A DNA stretch of 23,521 nucleotides from Candidatus Latescibacterota bacterium (GCA_038279365.1 JAYODI010000088.1:1-23521); one strand, 5' to 3'. Positions 6,890 to 16,181 are shown, numbered from the stretch's first letter. The notes: generated from the sequence alone by a model not told the origin. Made by a program: numbers and translations.

Positions 6890-7954
6890 TTAAAAGCCCA
6901 AGCCCACAGTTAACCAATGATTATCTTGGAAAAACTCAGTCTTTCCATAAGCATAGTCAACACGAAAAGCTCTGTTTTCACCACCCATTGGCACATTCAA
7001 ACCAAAACCAAATGATGGTCCAAGGATGTATTCTTTGTTAAATCCGTTGGGCAAAGTATCGCCTGTAGGAGACAACACATATCCACCCCGCAATTGAAAC
7101 ATTTGACGCACATCGTATTCAATCCCGGCTTGATATTCATCTGTGGCCAGGTTGTTGTTACGAAATGTGGCCGTAAAGGTTGCCTTACCCAAATCGCTGG
7201 CCAAAAAATCATATGCAACGCCAATTTCAATCGATGTGGGCAATTCTGCAGAAGCCAAAGCCGTGCGGAAGATACGCGATGTGGCTTGCGGATCGGCATT
7301 GGGAAGTGCATCAGACAAACTTACGGTGCGATCCAAGTCGGGCCCATTAAACCGCAAGTCGGGGCCAAAGTTGCGCATTGCAATGGCCAAGGTCAAACCT
7401 TGGAGGGCCGTTTTGTATTGAAAACCAAAATCAAAAGCCACACCATTTGCACTTTCTCGCTTAATGCCTTCGTGAATGTATTTGATGGTCGAACCAAATG
7501 CAACACGATCTGTCAACTTCTGCGAGTAAGTAAAGGACACAGTCGAAAATGTGGGTTGAAGAATTTCACCCGTGCCTTCAGGTGCTTCTTCGGTGGTTAC
7601 CACAATATCACCAACTGAAAATACTTTGGCACTCACACCAACAGCAATATCATCACGCAATTTGGTGGTGATTGCAAAGTAATTCATATTCATATCGGCC
7701 ATATAATCCAAATATGAAAATATGGCTTCGCGTTTGCTGCTGCCAAAAACCACACCCGAAGGGTTCCAGTACATGGCATCTGCACCATTTACACTGGCCA
7801 AGATGGCACCCCCTAAGGCCGTGCCTCGAGACCCAACAGGAATGCGCAACTCTTGAGCGGCTGCAGTACCAATACGACTTTGATCACCTGCGTCGGCACT
7901 TGAAACAACAAGCGCACAACTCAGCAGGCATGCAGAAAGGATCTGCCGAAACAT
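6890..7954 (-). CDS. PorV/PorQ (UPF0164)-family outer-membrane beta-barrel
   Basis: Signal peptide, GTAAAQELRIPVGSRGTALGGA...AMYWNPSG signature, alternating beta-strand pattern, C-terminal Phe (LTVGLGF). RBS GGAGG. Confidence 0.85.
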   Translation of the reverse strand: MFRQILSACLLSCALVVSSADAGDQSRIGTAAAQELRIPVGSRGTALGGAILASVNGADAMYWNPSGVVFGSSKREAIFSYLDYMADMNMNYFAITTKLRDDIAVGVSAKVFSVGDIVVTTEEAPEGTGEILQPTFSTVSFTYSQKLTDRVAFGSTIKYIHEGIKRESANGVAFDFGFQYKTALQGLTLAIAMRNFGPDLRFNGPDLDRTVSLSDALPNADPQATSRIFRTALASAELPTSIEIGVAYDFLASDLGKATFTATFRNNNLATDEYQAGIEYDVRQMFQLRGGYVLSPTGDTLPNGFNKEYILGPSFGFGLNVPMGGENRAFRVDYAYGKTEFFQDNHWLTVGLGF

Positions 7955-7981
7955 ATTTATACCTCCTTCATCACGATTCGA

Positions 7982-10900
7982 TTAAAAGCCTGTAAGGGTC
8001 TCTGCTTCCATAAACACTGCGCACTTCACAAAGTGTGAACCAATTCCTGGCGCATCAAAATGTGCCACATAAACGCCACTGGCCACCAACACGCCCTGGT
8101 CGGTCTTCAAATCCCAGGTCTCAAAAGACAAATTGTTGTCGTGCCGGATGGTACGCACCAGATCACCAGTCAAACTAAAAATACGAATCGTGCAAGCTTT
8201 GGGCAGATTTGTGAAGCGTATCTGACGCGCCAAAGAACTCAACTCGTAAGAAGAACGTCCCAAATAAGGATTGGGAACAGCCAAAACTTTTGAAAGATCT
8301 GTTTTGGCCAACTCAGTATCATCCACAATGGCCCCAGTGGTATTAAATGCAAAGACATCGCTGGTACCATTCACATGGTTAGCCGCAATCGAAAACACAT
8401 CGCCATCTTGTGGGAACCGCGTTGCGCTACGACGTGCAGCAAATATGATATACATAATGGGCGGTGCAGGTGCATCGTTTATCAAGCCCTGAGACAACTC
8501 CGCCATATTGGTATCATCGGTGGGTTCTGTGTAGTTGCGATCAAATACAAACAACCACTCACGCGGGCCACCGCCCGCAATATTGCTCACATCATTGTAA
8601 AAAGCTGGGCCATAAGCACCGTTGACCAAACCACCTGGTTGGTTGTTTTCTAAGAAACCAATTTCCAACCGACGGTTGTTTTCGGTATCCCAAGCCGACA
8701 AGGCAACAGGCACACGATCTTGGAATACATAAGACCCAGGACCGGTGGTATTGACAATGTACTTGCTCCAGTCATAAGCATTCACTGTAGAGGTTTGCTC
8801 TGCAGGTGTTGGAGGCGTGCCACTTGCACCACGCATATAACGCCAACCATAAGACACATTGGCATTATTCACATCCAACGGTTTATATTGGTCTTCACCT
8901 GGTTCTTCAATCACACTGGTAAACCGCAATTCAATGTTCACCAATTTTGAAGGAGGAACAGATGTTGGCCCAAACCATTGATTGTTGACATCACCCGTAA
9001 TCGCACCATTAAAGCCTTCGGCACCCCAGTCTGTATTGGCCCAGGTATACCAACGCTCACCAGCAGGAATATCCCAATCTTTCATGCCCAATGGAGGCCC
9101 CGTAACACGCACCAACAAACCATCAACAACAGGGTTGGATTGTGCGGTGGCCATATCGGCATGTTGGATCATATTAGAAAGCACAGCCTGCCCAGATGAC
9201 AAATTCACCAAATCCCACAAGGTGGATCCATCAACCTCTTTGAAACGCACTTCATAACGGGCACCCGTAACCAAACCGGGATCAACCACCTGCACGGACA
9301 CAAGACCGTCACTGGTGCCGGAAGAATGTTGCACCATGCTGTCTACGGCAACCACGGAAAAGTTTGAACCTGCCGTTGGAGAACGCGGAACAATACCAGG
9401 TGCCAATTCCAATTCATCAGACAATGGAATGGGTTGCATACGGCCATCATTCAAAACGTTTAAGGCCGTTTCTAATGTTTTGGGAGACTTTTCTTCATTT
9501 AATGAATAAGCCGTTACGGCATAAAAATAGGTCTTTCCAGTTACCAAACGGCCACCCAAAACCTTATCGTCATTCAATTCGATATAGTGACGAATACCTG
9601 TGTCACCACCAAATTGCACGGGCTTGTTAATCACCACGCCCGAACCCGAGTCGAATTCGCTGTCGAAGATAATGGCCGATCCATTGACCACATCATAAGT
9701 GGCCAAACGACGCCAAGGCCCAGCAACCGATTCGCCCTGATAGATATTATACCCTTCAAACTTATAATCTCCGCTATCAGCAACTTCTGAATCACGGCCC
9801 CAAGTCAGTGCAATTTTGCCATTACCTGCACGATCGCCCAATGCCGATACGGTCACTTTGGGTGCCGGTGGCGGGGTGGGCAATTGGAAGTCGGCATCAA
9901 ATGCAGATTGGGCAAAGGTATCAAAAAAGCGTGTGGCCGTAATCGATGTTAAACGATCTTGACCTTGGCCCATAATAACGGCACAAACCACTTCTTGTGT
10001 GTCACCAGGTGCAAAGGTAAAGGGACCAGAACTTAACATCAAACGACGGTCAGCAGGGTTTTCATCATTCCACCCTGTGCCCGCAACCGGATCACCATCC
10101 ACCATAAAGGCTTTGATCTGCCCTGTAATGGGGTCGGTGTGATCGGTCAACCCACCATTGGCATCAATACCCTTCATATAATTGTAGGTTTCTTCTGCCG
10201 TATGAGGGTCTGTTCCGTTGATATATTTGTTAAACGATGTCATAGGCAACCGCACACCATCATCACCAATGGGACCTTGAAAAAAGTCATATCCCACAGC
10301 TGGAGGGTTGGAGCCATAGACGGCATCGGTATTGGAACCATTGTAACAATAGCCCATGCTGGTGGCCACATCGGCACCAACAAGGTCATTATCAGCTTGG
10401 CCCAAATCGGGGTCTGACCAAATCGACACGTAGGTGCTGTCAATTTGATTGCCCCCTTTGTTAATCATCAAAAACTTCAAAAACACCACATTGCCCAAAG
10501 CACCTGTGCGATTGAAAGCAAATGTGGTTTGTTGCACTTCAATGCCCAAAGGCGCTGTTTGCATATTGCTATGCACACTGGGATCTGCATCGTTATAAAC
10601 AGCCCACAGTGTTTGATCGCCAATCACTTGAGGTGTGCCGTCTGCATTGACGGGGGCACCATCGGCAACAGGCCACGCAGCATAATCTGGGTTTGAAGCA
10701 TCATCACCACGCGAAATTTTATATACGCGATACCGGTCATCTTGCGGGTCGGCAGGTGTGCCATTTGGCAAAATAGGACCCGGTGCATATTCGTTGCTAT
10801 ATTCAGCAATGGCAACACGTGTATCGCCACCGACCTTGCCACCAACCCAAAGGCCAGCGGCAAATACAGCTGTTTTGCCTGTGTTTTTAGGGAACTCTAA

Positions 10901-11101
10901 GCCCGAACTCCCACCAGGAATGTCATAACCAAATGACCCCTGGTTGGTTACGAACATCGAAATACTATTGATGTCGATAACCGTACTGTTATCAATTTTT
11001 GCAAGGCGTTTTGGAACACCGCTGGGTGGTGCGGCCAGTGTCGTACCTGCCACCCCCACCGAAAGCAATGCCAACGCCAATGTCTTAAAAATACGATTCA
11101 T
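7982..11101 (-). CDS. Large secreted protein with Fn3-like domain and C-terminal T9SS type A/FlgD-Ig-like sorting domain
   Basis: Signal peptide MNRIFKTLALALLSVGVAGTTLA; Fn3-like PPPAPKV...LTW...FEGYNIY...YFYAVTAY; C-terminal AVPNPY...IRFTNLP...IRIFSLTGDLVRTI...WDL...VASGVYV. Start 11101 chosen from the GGAGG RBS. Confidence 0.85.
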   Translation of the reverse strand: MNRIFKTLALALLSVGVAGTTLAAPPSGVPKRLAKIDNSTVIDINSISMFVTNQGSFGYDIPGGSSGLEFPKNTGKTAVFAAGLWVGGKVGGDTRVAIAEYSNEYAPGPILPNGTPADPQDDRYRVYKISRGDDASNPDYAAWPVADGAPVNADGTPQVIGDQTLWAVYNDADPSVHSNMQTAPLGIEVQQTTFAFNRTGALGNVVFLKFLMINKGGNQIDSTYVSIWSDPDLGQADNDLVGADVATSMGYCYNGSNTDAVYGSNPPAVGYDFFQGPIGDDGVRLPMTSFNKYINGTDPHTAEETYNYMKGIDANGGLTDHTDPITGQIKAFMVDGDPVAGTGWNDENPADRRLMLSSGPFTFAPGDTQEVVCAVIMGQGQDRLTSITATRFFDTFAQSAFDADFQLPTPPPAPKVTVSALGDRAGNGKIALTWGRDSEVADSGDYKFEGYNIYQGESVAGPWRRLATYDVVNGSAIIFDSEFDSGSGVVINKPVQFGGDTGIRHYIELNDDKVLGGRLVTGKTYFYAVTAYSLNEEKSPKTLETALNVLNDGRMQPIPLSDELELAPGIVPRSPTAGSNFSVVAVDSMVQHSSGTSDGLVSVQVVDPGLVTGARYEVRFKEVDGSTLWDLVNLSSGQAVLSNMIQHADMATAQSNPVVDGLLVRVTGPPLGMKDWDIPAGERWYTWANTDWGAEGFNGAITGDVNNQWFGPTSVPPSKLVNIELRFTSVIEEPGEDQYKPLDVNNANVSYGWRYMRGASGTPPTPAEQTSTVNAYDWSKYIVNTTGPGSYVFQDRVPVALSAWDTENNRRLEIGFLENNQPGGLVNGAYGPAFYNDVSNIAGGGPREWLFVFDRNYTEPTDDTNMAELSQGLINDAPAPPIMYIIFAARRSATRFPQDGDVFSIAANHVNGTSDVFAFNTTGAIVDDTELAKTDLSKVLAVPNPYLGRSSYELSSLARQIRFTNLPKACTIRIFSLTGDLVRTIRHDNNLSFETWDLKTDQGVLVASGVYVAHFDAPGIGSHFVKCAVFMEAETLTGF

Positions 11102-11176
11102 TTCTGAATGACCTCCAAATAGAGAGGATCTCATATGAGACTACGAATGATGACAATAAACGCATAATGCGCCAAT

Positions 11177-14077
11177 TTAGAAATTCAAGGCCATACCAAA
11201 ACGTACTTGGCGTGGTGTATCATAGTTGAGCGGGTTTTGCTCTGCAAGCTTGAACTTTTGCTCACCCAACGTGCCAAATCGGTCTACAAACTGACGACCT
11301 TCAGCTGTATTTAACCAGCCCGTCGTTGACGGATCACCCGTAGAGGAATACACCGTCGATTCCAAACCGCGGCCGTCTGTGTTACTACCCGTCACATTTG
11401 CACGGTTAAACAAATTTATGGCCCATACATATACATTGCCATTGATGCCAGCCAGCTTGAAATTTTTATTGGCCTTGGCATCCACTTGGAAGGACCACGG
11501 TCCATAACTGGAGTTAATAGGACCCGATGGGCGTGAAGACACACTCAACGTGGTTACTTCATTAAAGGTAAATGTGGGTGTATATGGAAAACCACTGCCA
11601 GCAGAAACCAAAACATTTAAACCTGCATTGGCCAATGGATATCCACCCATAAATTTGGGACCATCTTTATCAACAAAACGATAATCGACAGAACCTGAAA
11701 TTTTGTGTCGCTGATCAAAGTCTAATGGCGCAGTCCCTTTTGGGGGCTCGGTTACACCTGCTTGGAATGTCCAAGCAATGTTGCGCTGAGTTTCTGCACT
11801 TGAACCGGTACCGGTTGCATAAGACAATGAATACGAAATACGTGCGCTGGCACGGCCCTTACGGCGCATCATCACACCCAAGTCGAAACCTTTGATGGTA
11901 CCAAAATCGCGGTTGCGATAGGAGCTGAACGATGCAGGGTTTGCCTGAACGGTTGTCACTTGTACCAAGTTTTCGACCGCTTTGTAATAAGCCGTCACAT
12001 CAACACTGGCGTTGTTGCTTACTTGTTGCACCAAACCCACTTCATAAGCTGTGGTTTTCTCGGGCTTCAAGTTTGGATTTCCAAAAGCGTAATAATATCC
12101 ACCCAATGGGGCTTTGTATTCCAAATAATCCAAACCAACATACAAATCTTCCAAGTTGGGTTGTTGATAGAAGATACCATAGTTCATATGGAACACGGTC
12201 TTATCCGTTACTGGAAAACCCACACCCAAACGAGGGCTAATTTTGTGATAAACACTGTTGCCAGCCAAATCAGAGGCATCCAAATCGGAGTCACCACCCA
12301 AAGGCACCGCTTCATTTGAAAGCACATCGGTGCGGGCATTTAAGTAGTCATAACGCAGACCCATGTTGATAATGAGACCGTCGTATTCCATTTTGTCTTG
12401 AACATAAAAAGCGGCCAAAATGGGTTCTTTTTTGGTATCACGTGTAGAATTGAGCGGCACAATTTGTTGCTTTGCATAATCAAATTCATACCCATATCGG
12501 TTGGCGTCTTGAAAACCACCCGGGTTGCTTGTATCGACAAATGGCCCGCGGTAAACCAAAATAGGTGTGATATGGTTGTATGAACGCAACGTATGCATTT
12601 GTACATCAAAACCAGCTTTAAACTGGTGATTGCGGTTGATCTGACTGGTCAGATCAAAGTCGATAGGCGTGATATAAAAGGAACTTGTTTTATCAAATTC
12701 GTCCAATACACGACCTTCGTCACCCACAATAAACCCATCGGCATCACGTGAAATTGCTGTTGAATCAACATCACCTAAAGCAAACAAGTTTTCGGGATCA
12801 AAACGCGGGTTGCCGTTGGGGCGACCATAGTCAAACAAGTTATCAAAATACAAACCATCACCAGCAGTGGTGTTGTTATCGTAAATATTGGCCTGTACGG
12901 TGAAAAATGTTTTGGCATTGAGCGTATAGGTCAAATTGGCAAAAACGGAATTGTTGAGCTTTTTCACGCGCCAAGAGTGCTCCAAATCATATCGATATGT
13001 GTGGCTGTAGCTGTATCGATCTTGAGAGGAGCCTACAATACCCGCTTTTAAGGTGGCATTTTCACCCAAGCGGAAACTCATTTTGGCTTGCCAACCCCAT
13101 CCATCCAACGAATAGTGGGGCAACACACCATCTTTGAGCATATCATATTCAGATTGTGTCAACAGGTTGTTGTCCAATTCCCATTGGTGGGCTGTCACAC
13201 CCCAACGCGGGTCGCGATCCAAACGATCTCTGCGTTCACCAGAAACAAAAAAGGACAGCTTATCGCCGCCCGGAATGAGAGGACCACCCAATGTAACATC
13301 GCCATTGTTATATCCAAAAGAAGGCGTGTCTAACCAGCTACGACCTGTAATTTCGTCGGTAATGTATTCGGCAGAACCCGTATAATTTCGGCCACCTTCA
13401 CGGGTTACAACCTTCACCACACCCGACATCACACGACCGTATTCGGCTTCAAAACCACCCACAATCACCGAAACTTGATCAATGGCGCTGTTGCTCAATT
13501 GGGTTGAAGAAGCACCTGTTTGCAAATCTTTTTGTGAAACACCGTCTACGATGTAATCCACTTCAGAAAAACGACCACCGCGTACATACAACTGCCCACC
13601 CAGACTTGTGACGCCAGCCTGCAAGGAGGTGGCCGCCGCATATCCACGGATGGGCATATAGTCTAACTCTTCATTTGTCACCAAACGCAAAGAGCTGGTG
13701 TTGTCTTTTTGAACCAAAGGACGGGAGGCAACCACTTCCAACACATCGGCTTCTAATGTTTGTGGTGCCAATGTAAAATCGAGAACCGTGGTCAAATCGG
13801 GCAATACTTTAAAACCCGTTACAACCACATCTTGATATCCTACAAAACTACCTTTAAGATCGTATGTACCAGCTGGTACATTTAAAATCACGTACTGTCC
13901 GTCAGTGTCGGTGGTTGCACCGATCACACTGGGAGCGCCTTGTACAATAATATTTGCACCTGGTAGTGGTCCGCCCCCATCCTTGTCGACAACGCGACCC
14001 GTAATTTTGCCTGTTGTACCTGCCATTGCAGACACAGGCAAAAGCATAATCGCCACGAGTGCGATGAGTTTCTTCAT
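11177..14077 (-). CDS. TonB-dependent receptor with N-terminal carboxypeptidase-regulatory-like domain
   Basis: Signal peptide, GKITGRVVD...LPGANI...TDTDGQY.ILNVPAGTY, plug motifs VRGGR...YIVDGV and GGFEAEYG..MSGVV.VVT, GNPNLKPEKT, and C-terminal RQVRFGMALNF. Confidence 0.95.
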   Translation of the reverse strand: MKKLIALVAIMLLPVSAMAGTTGKITGRVVDKDGGGPLPGANIIVQGAPSVIGATTDTDGQYVILNVPAGTYDLKGSFVGYQDVVVTGFKVLPDLTTVLDFTLAPQTLEADVLEVVASRPLVQKDNTSSLRLVTNEELDYMPIRGYAAATSLQAGVTSLGGQLYVRGGRFSEVDYIVDGVSQKDLQTGASSTQLSNSAIDQVSVIVGGFEAEYGRVMSGVVKVVTREGGRNYTGSAEYITDEITGRSWLDTPSFGYNNGDVTLGGPLIPGGDKLSFFVSGERRDRLDRDPRWGVTAHQWELDNNLLTQSEYDMLKDGVLPHYSLDGWGWQAKMSFRLGENATLKAGIVGSSQDRYSYSHTYRYDLEHSWRVKKLNNSVFANLTYTLNAKTFFTVQANIYDNNTTAGDGLYFDNLFDYGRPNGNPRFDPENLFALGDVDSTAISRDADGFIVGDEGRVLDEFDKTSSFYITPIDFDLTSQINRNHQFKAGFDVQMHTLRSYNHITPILVYRGPFVDTSNPGGFQDANRYGYEFDYAKQQIVPLNSTRDTKKEPILAAFYVQDKMEYDGLIINMGLRYDYLNARTDVLSNEAVPLGGDSDLDASDLAGNSVYHKISPRLGVGFPVTDKTVFHMNYGIFYQQPNLEDLYVGLDYLEYKAPLGGYYYAFGNPNLKPEKTTAYEVGLVQQVSNNASVDVTAYYKAVENLVQVTTVQANPASFSSYRNRDFGTIKGFDLGVMMRRKGRASARISYSLSYATGTGSSAETQRNIAWTFQAGVTEPPKGTAPLDFDQRHKISGSVDYRFVDKDGPKFMGGYPLANAGLNVLVSAGSGFPYTPTFTFNEVTTLSVSSRPSGPINSSYGPWSFQVDAKANKNFKLAGINGNVYVWAINLFNRANVTGSNTDGRGLESTVYSSTGDPSTTGWLNTAEGRQFVDRFGTLGEQKFKLAEQNPLNYDTPRQVRFGMALNF

Positions 14078-14169
14078 GATTGAACCCTTTCCTGTGAATA
14101 GAAACTCGGTAAAAACCCATTTAATCCCGGCTGTTAGAACGAATTAAGCGTTTACTCTATGTTATGTAG

Positions 14170-14630
14170 TGACACCTCCTTTGGCATAAAACACGGTCAA
14201 AAGCAAATGGCACACGCATCATGCACAAGACTTTCATTTTGATACACCTATTCTCATGTTATCATCAGAATAGACAAAAAATAAAAGCCGCCCGTTTGTG
14301 CACGGGGTACCATAAACGCTTTAAAACCAAGAGTCTGGGTTAAAAGTGAGTTTTACCAATAAACATACGGTACAGAAATTGCTATTTGCTTCTGTATAGA
14401 GACAACACATAAGAACACGGCAATGTTCTTACTTTGAAACGCAGGTCATTGCATAACCTCATAATGGGTTAGGCGGTGGCCTGTTTTACATGCCCTAAAA
14501 GTGAAACTTTTTTAAAATCAAACCGTCTAAACAAACCCCTGCCTGAAGGACACGGCAATGAACTTCAGATAAAAAACAGGGCATAAAGCCACCGATCTCG
14601 TGCTAAAACTTAAGAGAAAGTGGCTTATAT
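14170..14630 (-). promoter_or_regulatory. Long structured leader or candidate cis-regulatory RNA upstream of the TBDR cassette
   Basis: At least six inverted repeats, two hairpins capped by the identical CAU-UGCC-GUG, mutually exclusive pairings, and a terminator-like hairpin with U tail. No riboswitch class recognised. Confidence 0.45.
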
Positions 14631-14925
14631 GGTCGCTTTAAAGCAAACAAGAAATCAAAGCAAAACCGTAAAATATATAATAAAAAACAATAATCAATAA
14701 CAATAAATATAAGCTGAGATGTTTCAACCAAGTTTCACACATGTGAAATATTAACAACTTACACGAATTACCTGACAAGATACAAGAGCAACTTGTCATA
14801 CATGTGTCACAATTGTAACAATGCATCAACAATTAGAAAACACAATATGCTTAAATAGAGCAATTTTCAAGTCTAACGTCAAGCAAATAATACCAAATAC
14901 ACATAAAATTACCTTTTACAACATA

Positions 14926-16032
14926 TCAAAAAACAGATTTGGCACCCGACAAAGAAACGGCCTCATGAACGGGTTTGCCTTTTTGACGACGCACTTGAAT
15001 CAGCTCACTGACCACACTTACGGCAATTTCTTCCGGTGTGTCGGCACCAATATCCAACCCAATAGGCGCATGAACCGCCTCTAAAAGACGACGGTCGATG
15101 CCTTCGCCTTCTAAATCTTTCCACATTAAGGCCGTCTTGCGCCGACTGCCAATCATTCCTATATAAGCCGCTTTTGTTTTGACCGCTTGGCGAATAATGG
15201 GCTTGTCGTGCTGATGCCCACGCGTCACCGCTACAATATAAGACAACTCATCAATGACCAAATGCTCAAAAGCCGTGTCCATATCTAAGGTGAGGGTTTC
15301 ACTGGCCATTGGAAATCGTTCGCGATTGGCAAACATAGGACGATCATCAATAACAATAATGCGAAACCCAACAGTATGCGCAATTTGTGCAATGGCATAA
15401 GAGACATGCCCACCACCAAACAAATACAGCGTAGGTTCTGGGCATATAGACTCCAAAAAAATCTTTTGTACTTGCCCCGCCACTTGCAAATCAATCACCT
15501 TCAACAAACCTTCAGGAATGGTCTCTAAGGCATCAAACTCGCCAAGCACAAACTGATCCACCTCAAAATGCCCCAAACTGCCCCATTTTTCACCCGAAGA
15601 ATCAATTAAAAGTTTGCGATGAGCATCCCCTCCAGCCACAAGTGTCGCCAAAACGGCAGAACCACGCGCGTCAACAATACGCTTAATCTCGGCAAGCAAA
15701 ACTTCATCTCGCTTAGGTAAAAGCGGTTCCGTAAAAATTTCTACGTTCCCTCCGCAATTTAGACCATTTTCACCAGCATGTTTTTCCGTCAAAATAAACT
15801 TCTGTAAAGACGGCGTCTCACTTTCAACCACGCGCCGTGCTTCTGCCCAAACATCGGCTTCCAGACAACCGCCTCCCACAGTACCCACAATTTTACCATC
15901 GGGCCGCACCAACATCTTTGCCTTTTTGCTCATAGGCAAAGACCCTTTGCTCGATACAATGGTTGACAAAGCAACCTTTTCGCCCTGTTCCAACAAACAC
16001 AGGGCTTCTGTAAAAACATCTTTTCCTGCCAT
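14926..16032 (-). CDS. xdhC: XdhC/CoxI-family molybdenum cofactor chaperone
   Basis: GTVGGGCLEA, GLNCGG, LYLFGGGHVS, VTRGHQHD, YIGMIGSRRK, HAPIGLDIGADTPEEIAVSVVSEL. Confidence 0.92.
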   Translation of the reverse strand: MAGKDVFTEALCLLEQGEKVALSTIVSSKGSLPMSKKAKMLVRPDGKIVGTVGGGCLEADVWAEARRVVESETPSLQKFILTEKHAGENGLNCGGNVEIFTEPLLPKRDEVLLAEIKRIVDARGSAVLATLVAGGDAHRKLLIDSSGEKWGSLGHFEVDQFVLGEFDALETIPEGLLKVIDLQVAGQVQKIFLESICPEPTLYLFGGGHVSYAIAQIAHTVGFRIIVIDDRPMFANRERFPMASETLTLDMDTAFEHLVIDELSYIVAVTRGHQHDKPIIRQAVKTKAAYIGMIGSRRKTALMWKDLEGEGIDRRLLEAVHAPIGLDIGADTPEEIAVSVVSELIQVRRQKGKPVHEAVSLSGAKSVF

Positions 16033-16053
16033 GAAGAACACCTATTTCAATGT

Positions 16054-16181
16054 GGGCAAACGGCAAACGTGAAATGGCAAAAAATTCAAAACCAATCCAA
16101 AAACTATAGATCGCTTTACATTTGCCGTTTGCCGTTTGCCGTTTGCCGTTTGCCGTTTGCCGTTTGCCGTTTGCCGTTTGC
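16054..16181. repeat. Inverted pair of 7-bp tandem arrays
   Basis: (TTTGCCG)x8 plus TTTGC at 16121-16181 faces four degenerate reverse-complement units GGGCAAA CGGCAAA CGTGAAA TGGCAAA at 16054-16081, across a 39-bp spacer. Confidence 0.95.

Noticed and set aside
11129-11140. Perfect palindrome TCTCATATGAGA between the TBDR and CTD-protein genes
   Set aside because: Single short AT-rich palindrome with no tail or second copy, compatible with chance.
7094-13385. Numerous plus-strand ORFs of 60-174 aa antisense to the cassette genes
   Set aside because: They lie fully opposite well-supported genes, with no motifs or RBS, as expected for shadow ORFs.
14208-14225. TGGCAC...ATGCA as a sigma54 promoter
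   Set aside because: Wrong spacing, and it points away from the TBDR with no plus-strand gene downstream.
16121-16181. Possible CRISPR array
   Set aside because: Contiguous 7-bp units with no spacers and no cas genes in the window.
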